DNA from: Candidatus Latescibacterota bacterium
GTDB taxonomy: Bacteria; Latescibacterota; UBA2968; UBA8231
Assembly (NCBI GenBank): GCA_965261395.1
Contig: OZ253462.1
Location: forward strand, 192,001 to 256,000
DNA length: 64,000 nucleotides
Direction of reading: 5' to 3'
Shown here piece after piece: positions 58,190-64,000 of the stretch. The translations under genes were made by a program, and so were the position numbers. The first letter of the stretch is position 1; every line of letters begins with the position of its first letter. A model generated the notes under the pieces. The model made no database searches, was not told the DNA's origin, and saw only the letters and a list, made by a program, of their open reading frames with translations.

Positions 58190-59193
58190 ATAGCGCGTTC
58201 CGCCGCCGCCTTATTTTCGCCCTGCCGCTGCCGATTCTCTTCGGCTCCCTGCTGCTCGGCCCTTCGGCCAGCGCCGAGGCAGGGGAGATTCTCGTCTGGC
58301 TCTACGGCCTGCTCTTTCGCGAGGCAGCCGCCGGGAGCGAAGAGTCGCTGGTGGGAACAATCGTCTGGGAAGTGCGTCTGCCGCGCATCCTCCTCACCTT
58401 TCTGGTGGGCGGTGCCTTGGCTGCATCCGGCAACGCTTTGCAGGCGGTGTTTCGCAATCCCCTCGTGGCCCCCTACATCCTCGGTCTTTCCTCCGGTGCC
58501 GCCTTTGGCGCAGCGCTAGCGCTGGTCCTGCCGTTCCTTCCGCTCCAGCCGACGGCCTTCGGCTTTGGCCTGCTCGCCGTGGGCTTGGCCTACTTCTTGG
58601 CCCGCACCCGCAAGACCGTGTCGGTGGTCTCCCTCATTCTCTCGGGGGTGATCGTCACCGGGATCTTCACCGCTCTGCTGACCATCGTCCAGTTCCTCAC
58701 CGACCCCTACAAGTTACAGACCATCGTCCATTGGACCATGGGCAACCTGCACAATTCGAGCTGGGCCAAGCTGCGCTCCGCGGCCCCAGGGGTGGGCATC
58801 GGCGTGATCTGGCTCTTCCTCTTCCGCTGGCGCATGAACGTGCTGGCCCAAGGCGACGAAGAAGCTCGCGCGGTCGGCCTGAACCCAGAGCGTGAGCGGG
58901 TGCTAATCCTCATTCCAGCGACCTTGGCCGCCTCGGCGGCGATTGCCGTGGCTGGCGTCATCGGCATGATTGGGCTAGCCGTGCCGCACATGGTGCGCAT
59001 GATGCTAGGGCCAGACAACCGCCACACCCTGCCGGCCTCCTTTGCTTTTGGCGGGGCCTTTCTGCTGCTGGTCGATACCTGCTCGCGCACGTTGGCCTCC
59101 TTTGAAATTCCGGTCGGGGTCTTCACCACCCTGCTCGGCGGGCCGTTCTTCATCTTCCTCCTCAAAAAGGCGCGAATCGGATGGGAGACCTAG
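58186..59193 (+). CDS. FecCD/BtuC family permease
   Basis: RLPRILL, LQAVFRNPL..PYILGLSSGA, GDEEA..VG, EIPVGVFT..LGGPFF; GTG start. Confidence 0.92.
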   Translation: MNSAFRRRLIFALPLPILFGSLLLGPSASAEAGEILVWLYGLLFREAAAGSEESLVGTIVWEVRLPRILLTFLVGGALAASGNALQAVFRNPLVAPYILGLSSGAAFGAALALVLPFLPLQPTAFGFGLLAVGLAYFLARTRKTVSVVSLILSGVIVTGIFTALLTIVQFLTDPYKLQTIVHWTMGNLHNSSWAKLRSAAPGVGIGVIWLFLFRWRMNVLAQGDEEARAVGLNPERERVLILIPATLAASAAIAVAGVIGMIGLAVPHMVRMMLGPDNRHTLPASFAFGGAFLLLVDTCSRTLASFEIPVGVFTTLLGGPFFIFLLKKARIGWET

Positions 59194-59954
59194 CGCCGGC
59201 CATCCAAGTCGAGAAGCTCTCCTTTGCCTACGAAGGGAGGCCGATCCTCAACGAGATCTCGCTGGAGATCCCGACTGGGCAGTTTACCGTCCTGCTCGGC
59301 AAGAACGGCAGCGGCAAAACGACGCTCATGCGCATTCTCGGCGGTCTGCTCGACTTCGAGCGCGGCAAAGTGCATATCATGGGAGAGGAAATCCGCTCCT
59401 TCTCGTCCCGGCGGCGGGCCCGCGTCCTCGGCTATCTGCCCCAGCACCACCGGCCGGTCTTCCCCTTTTCCGTGCAGGACGTGGTCCTGACCGGCCGCGC
59501 CAGCTACGTCACCTACGTCCCCAAGCAGGAGGACGTGGAGATCGGCATCGCCGCGCTAGAGCGAGTGGGCATTATCCACCTGAAGGAGCGCCCGTACACC
59601 GAACTGTCGGGGGGGGAACAACAGCTCGTCCGCATCGCCCGGGTCTTGGCCCAGCAGCCCCGTCTCATCCTCCTCGACGAGCCGAGTTCGCACCTCGACT
59701 TCCTCAATCAAGCGCACCTGCTGCGCCTGATCCGCGAGTTGGTCGATGCGGACCTCACCGTCCTCGCCGTCCTGCACGACCCCAACAGCGCCTTCCTCTA
59801 CGGGGATCACTTCGTCTTTCTCAAGGATGGTGTGGTGGAGCGGCTATCAGCGGCCGAGCGGCCGTGGGACCGCGACTTTCTGGAGCGGATCTACGACACT
59901 GAGATGGATTCAATCCCCTATGGCGACCGCGCCTTCGTGGTGCCGAAGGGGTAA
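59181..59954 (+). CDS. FecE/BtuD-type ABC ATP-binding protein
   Basis: GKNGSGKTT, LSGGEQQ, LLDEPSSHLD, VLHD. Confidence 0.92.
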   Translation: MGDLAPAIQVEKLSFAYEGRPILNEISLEIPTGQFTVLLGKNGSGKTTLMRILGGLLDFERGKVHIMGEEIRSFSSRRRARVLGYLPQHHRPVFPFSVQDVVLTGRASYVTYVPKQEDVEIGIAALERVGIIHLKERPYTELSGGEQQLVRIARVLAQQPRLILLDEPSSHLDFLNQAHLLRLIRELVDADLTVLAVLHDPNSAFLYGDHFVFLKDGVVERLSAAERPWDRDFLERIYDTEMDSIPYGDRAFVVPKG

Positions 59955-59961
59955 GCAGCCA

Positions 59962-61038
59962 TTAGCCGCTGTGCAGGATTATATCGCGGTCGTCGCCGCG
60001 CAGAGGCAGCTCGATCCAAGCACCGCCAGCGCGGTGGGAGGCGTGAAAGGCAATGATCGCCTCCAAGGTGCGCACGGCTTCCCCCACATCGTAGGAGAAG
60101 GGTTCCTCTCCGTCGAGCCAATTGACGATCTCGGCAACGGCCCGGTCCATGCCGCTGTCCGGGGAATCGTCGGGCAGGTACTCGCGATCGTCGCCGCGCA
60201 CGATCTCGATATCGCGGTTGCGGCAGATGGCGTAGCCCTCGGTGCCGTGGAAGCGGTGGCGCGGCGGCGCGGTGCCGTAGTCGGCAGCGTCAACAGTGCA
60301 GATCAAGTCGCCCGACGGCGCACCATCGGCCGCAGGCAAATCGCGTCCCAGTCGCAGCAGGCCCCAGCCGCCCGGATCGCTGAAGTCGTCGCCGCGACAG
60401 TCGAGTTTCCCCGACAGGTCGAGGGTACCGGAGACAGCGGTCACCGGCAGGCCGGTGACCATCTGCACGGCGTCGATCATGTGCGTACCGACGTTGCCGA
60501 GGCGGCCAGAGGTCCACTGGAGCGAGGCCGAGGTCAAGGTGCCAAGGGCACCAGCGGCGATGCGGTCACGCAGCACCCGATAGCCGGGGTGGAAGCGCAG
60601 GTTGTGATTGATGACGAGCAGAGCACCGGCCTTGTTGCAGGCGGACAGCATGCCCTCGGCCTCGTCAATCGTCGTCGCAATGGGCTTTTCGCAGTAGATG
60701 GCGCGGGCACCGGCTTCTACTGCCGCGTGGGTGATCTCGGCGTGGACGGGGGCGTACGTGGCGACCGAGACAATGTCGAGGGGCGCGGCTGCGCGCAGCA
60801 TCTCGCGCCAGTCGGCGAACGCGGGCACACCGTAGCGCGCGTGGAAGCGCTCGCGCCGCCCGTCGTCGCGACTGCTACCGGCGACTAGATCGACCCGGTC
60901 GTGGTTGCACAGTGCCCCCACGTGCGTGCCGTCGAGGTCCTCGACGAGCTGGCCGAGGGCGTCGCCCGAGACTTGGTCTGCACCCCCGATAAAACCCAAT
61001 CCCACGATCGCTGCACGGTATTTCGTTTCTCCTGCCAT
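59962..61038 (-). CDS. Gfo/Idh/MocA family oxidoreductase
   Basis: AIVGLGFIG, IYCEKP, NHNLRF, GTHMID. Confidence 0.9.
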   Translation of the reverse strand: MAGETKYRAAIVGLGFIGGADQVSGDALGQLVEDLDGTHVGALCNHDRVDLVAGSSRDDGRRERFHARYGVPAFADWREMLRAAAPLDIVSVATYAPVHAEITHAAVEAGARAIYCEKPIATTIDEAEGMLSACNKAGALLVINHNLRFHPGYRVLRDRIAAGALGTLTSASLQWTSGRLGNVGTHMIDAVQMVTGLPVTAVSGTLDLSGKLDCRGDDFSDPGGWGLLRLGRDLPAADGAPSGDLICTVDAADYGTAPPRHRFHGTEGYAICRNRDIEIVRGDDREYLPDDSPDSGMDRAVAEIVNWLDGEEPFSYDVGEAVRTLEAIIAFHASHRAGGAWIELPLRGDDRDIILHSG

Positions 61039-61067
61039 GGTATTCCTCCTAGGCGTTGCTCCAAGCA

Positions 61068-62216
61068 TCAAATCCCGAGGCCAAGCACGCGCGCACAGGT
61101 ACCGCCCATGATCGCAGCCAACTCCTCGGTGGAGAGGAACTCGCAGTAATCCTCGATCCAGCGGCGCGACTGACGATAGGTGCAGAACCGGTTCTGGAAG
61201 GGCATGTCAGTACCCCACAGCAGCCGCTCGGCCCCAATGCGCTCGACCATCTGCTCAAGCGTCGGCCACAACTCGCGGTACGGGTAGTCGAACAAGTCGC
61301 CGAGGCGCACCGGGAAGCAGACCTCCAAGCTCAGGTTCGGATTGTCGAAGGGAGTCCATATCTCGTCGGGCAACTCGATCCGACTCGGGGAACCGGAGGG
61401 CTCGTCGTCGAGGAAGAGACGCCACGGGAAGCCGTGCGTGAGGCTGCACAACGCGTCTGGGTAGCGCTCCATCCAGCGCCCCAAGATGTCGAGCTCGGCC
61501 AAGTAGCCGCGACGCTGGCTTTCCACGGTCTGCAACACCGACGCTTCGCCCGGCCCGGTGCCGAGCGTGAAGAACACGGGCACGCCGAGCGCGACCACCG
61601 CCTCCCAGAACGGACGCAGGTGCTCCCCGTCCCACGGATCGGAGCGGTAGTAGTAGGCGTGGGGCGGGTTGAACTTGATGGCGTGCAGGCAATGTTTTTC
61701 AACGGCGTCAACGGTCTCGGCGATGACGGCATCGAGTTCGCCGGCCAAGCGCCACTCATCGACGGGGGCCATCGAATAAATGCGCTCCGGATCGACGGCG
61801 ACCGACTCCGCTTGGAAGGCGGGATCGCGGCCCAGCATGGCATCGACGTGCAACAAAACCTTATCGACGCCAGCGTAGTCCATCTCGGCTAGCAGGTTGT
61901 GGGGCGTGCACTCCAAGTGAGGCAAGTTGGGCGGATAGAACTGTTTGGTAAAGTCCTCGCCGTCAATCGTCCACACCACCCGTCCCTTGTCGTGGTCAAC
62001 GCGGAAGTTGACGTCGGGCAGGTTGTCGAAGTCCATGGCCCCACCGGGAGCTGCCAGTACATCGGAAGAAGCCGGTGCGCGGTCGCGGATGCGCCAAGCG
62101 GGCTGGTGGTGGGAGGCCTGACTGCCCTGGACCCAGCGCAAGTGGTCAGCGACGGTAGGATGCCCGGCCGGAGAGTCGGCGGGAGGGAAGCAGTAGGCGT
62201 GGGAGTCAATAATCAT
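61068..62216 (-). CDS. Amidohydrolase family 2 protein
   Basis: IIDSHAY, EMDYAGVD, THGFP, LLWGTDMPF, IMGGT..RVL. Confidence 0.85.
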   Translation of the reverse strand: MIIDSHAYCFPPADSPAGHPTVADHLRWVQGSQASHHQPAWRIRDRAPASSDVLAAPGGAMDFDNLPDVNFRVDHDKGRVVWTIDGEDFTKQFYPPNLPHLECTPHNLLAEMDYAGVDKVLLHVDAMLGRDPAFQAESVAVDPERIYSMAPVDEWRLAGELDAVIAETVDAVEKHCLHAIKFNPPHAYYYRSDPWDGEHLRPFWEAVVALGVPVFFTLGTGPGEASVLQTVESQRRGYLAELDILGRWMERYPDALCSLTHGFPWRLFLDDEPSGSPSRIELPDEIWTPFDNPNLSLEVCFPVRLGDLFDYPYRELWPTLEQMVERIGAERLLWGTDMPFQNRFCTYRQSRRWIEDYCEFLSTEELAAIMGGTCARVLGLGI

Positions 62217-62246
62217 GGGCAGTACCTTGGCAGTCGCGGCCGGAGG

Positions 62247-63185
62247 TTACGAGAGCTCTCGCACAAATTCGTAGGTCCAATCGACGACCCGAAAACCGTG
62301 GTTAGTGTAGAACAGGAAAGCGCGGTCGTTGTCAAAAGCGGTGCTGATGGCACCGTGGCGATAGTCGCGCTCGCGCGCTAGGTACATAGCGTGTGCCAGC
62401 AGGAAGCGTCCGAGGCCGCGGCCTTGGTGCTTCTCGTTTACGCCGAGCCAGTCGCAGAACGCGAAGTCGTGGGCTTCGTCGGCAGCAGAGGATTCGGCAC
62501 CGCTGACCAGCTCGCACTCACCGATGCCGTCGCCATCCTGAACAGCCTGAAGTCGCAATCCCGGTCGGAGACCGGCCCCCGGGCGATCCTCGACGCGCAG
62601 CTCGTAGTCGAGGCCGCTGGAATCGCTAACCAGCTTCGGCTGCATGTCCAGCCAGTCGAGAAACACCTCGCCGCCGGTCTTGGCGTAGCCGCGGAAGCGC
62701 AGCAGGGCCTGCACGTGATCGAGGTGATCGGACAGGTAGGCGTGGGGGAAGGCGTAAAACGGGTACCGCCAGGGTTGTGGCATGACGACGCTGCGCCGCA
62801 GATCCCGTTCGCGCATCCAAGATTCGGCCGCCGCCAGCAGCGCATCGCCCACGGCGCGCTCGCCGCGGCGGTAGGCGAGAAAGCGGATCACGCCGATCTC
62901 GTCCTTCTGCCACTTTTTCGTCGCTTGGCGACCGGCGTGGACGAATCCGTCGCCACCTGAGTCTGCCACGAGGACGGCCTGCTCCAGAAGCTGCGGCTCG
63001 GCCTCACCTGTCTCCAGCGTTTCGTCTAGAGAGGATGGCGTCACCAGACCTGCCTGCAGCGTTTCGTCCAGAGAGGATGACATCACCGGCCAGCAGTGGG
63101 GGACATAGCCAACAACCAACGAGTTGTAAAGGTCGAGGATGCGGGACAGGTCGTCCGGAAGGTAGGGTCGAATCGCGATTGTCAT
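62247..63185 (-). CDS. Tandem GNAT acetyltransferase
   Basis: IRPY start; VGDALL.AAE; LGVNEKHQGRGLGR acetyl-CoA motif; N.RA..FY...GF. Confidence 0.85.
   Translation of the reverse strand: MTIAIRPYLPDDLSRILDLYNSLVVGYVPHCWPVMSSSLDETLQAGLVTPSSLDETLETGEAEPQLLEQAVLVADSGGDGFVHAGRQATKKWQKDEIGVIRFLAYRRGERAVGDALLAAAESWMRERDLRRSVVMPQPWRYPFYAFPHAYLSDHLDHVQALLRFRGYAKTGGEVFLDWLDMQPKLVSDSSGLDYELRVEDRPGAGLRPGLRLQAVQDGDGIGECELVSGAESSAADEAHDFAFCDWLGVNEKHQGRGLGRFLLAHAMYLARERDYRHGAISTAFDNDRAFLFYTNHGFRVVDWTYEFVRELS
63015..63087. repeat. Imperfect 42-bp tandem duplication inside the GNAT gene
   Basis: cagcgtttcgtc(t/c)agagaggatg(gcg/aca)tcacc at 63015 and 63057; SSLDETL twice in the protein. Confidence 0.8.
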
Positions 63186-63499
63186 GGCTGGCGAGAACGG
63201 AGGGCGAAAACGGCTTGGGGGAAGCTATGGAACGCTTATCCTGTGAGTACGGGATACAAGGAAGAGTATATCTCTTAGAGAGTCAACCACCGCGCCCGAA
63301 AAGAGGCGACCCCGGTACCCCTAATTCAGCACGTGCGGGTGCCAGATCGAGCGCAGCTTGACCCACTATCAGAAACGCCGTTTATTCGGTCCGATTCACT
63401 GTCGCCTCCAACCTTACCCAACCACGGCTCCCAACACCTCAAGACATTCTCTGCGCCGAAATCACCCGCCGGGTCACCCCCATACCGTGGAGGAAAACC

Positions 63500-64000
63500 A
63501 TGTCCGTAAAACGAGCGCTACAACTCATACTACTAGCACTAGTAGCGATGGCGATTGCAATCCCGGCTTGGGGGGATGAAATCCACGAATCAGGACGGCT
63601 CGCTGACGACGGAGAAACAGACGCCCTCAGCGATATATTGCGCTCTGAAGAGCTGAGCCTAGGTCTGATTGCAGGGGCGTTGGCGCTGGCCCTTTTTCTT
63701 GGCGCGGCCCACGGCCTAGAGCCGGGACACGGCAAGACCATCGTTGCCGCCTATCTCATCGGCTCGCGCGGCACGGTAGGCAATGCCCTTTTCCTCGGCG
63801 GTATAGTCTCCTTCACGCATACTTTCAGCGTCATCCTGTTGGGCTTAGTGGCGCTCTTTGCTTCCCAGTACATCCATCCCGAACAAATTTTCCCCTATCT
63901 CGGCACAGCGTCCGGTCTCCTAATCATAGGCCTAGGCACATGGCTTTTGGTCAATCATCTCAGGGGACGAGGCTTTGGACACAGCCACGAAGAAGAGCAC
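63500..64000 (+). CDS. Nickel/cobalt transporter (RcnA/NicO family), 3'-partial
   Basis: Not in the ORF track; my translation from ATG 63500 (RBS GGAGG) gives GAAHGLEPGHGKTIVAAYLIGSRG, THT and the start of a His-rich loop GHSHEEEH. Confidence 0.88.
   Translation, partial: MSVKRALQLILLALVAMAIAIPAWGDEIHESGRLADDGETDALSDILRSEELSLGLIAGALALALFLGAAHGLEPGHGKTIVAAYLIGSRGTVGNALFLGGIVSFTHTFSVILLGLVALFASQYIHPEQIFPYLGTASGLLIIGLGTWLLVNHLRGRGFGHSHEEEH

Noticed and set aside
63186-63499. Cobalamin or NiCo riboswitch upstream of the Ni/Co transporter
   Set aside because: No recognisable B12-box or other conserved riboswitch core by eye; an Rfam scan would be needed.

Overview
GC-rich bacterial chromosomal window with about 50 CDS and no rRNA, tRNA, CRISPR array, integrase or transposase that I can see. 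Gene content suggests an FCB-group bacterium, probably Ca. Latescibacterota and possibly a marine or sponge symbiont (inference). The clues are PhyH dioxygenases, a sulfatase, Gfo/Idh/MocA enzymes, amidohydrolases, and secreted proteins with a FlgD-Ig/T9SS-like C-terminus and a DFDDFFxFADxFG motif. Layout: (1) 1-19 kb and 22.5-30.6 kb are mixed catabolic and housekeeping genes, including a PhyH with an HxG (halogenase-type) iron motif. (2) 19.2-22.5 kb holds lower-GC defence remnants that look disarmed: an orphan XRE-HTH, an SBD-HNH nuclease missing its catalytic core, and an intact RloA-type ATPase whose RloB partner appears reduced to a 61-bp scar. (3) 30.7-39 kb is a GldA/F/G-like ABC operon plus a membrane-protein gene split by one in-frame TAG. 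(4) 39.1-54 kb is a tandem array of four modular secreted proteins with near-identical 3' ends, repeated hairpin/leader spacers and swapped internal modules, plus a ~370-bp mini-insert that duplicates 38 bp of a gene 3' end. (5) 55-64 kb is a TonB receptor/FecCD uptake operon, catabolic genes and a partial Ni/Co transporter. All family calls come from motif recognition by eye, not database searches.
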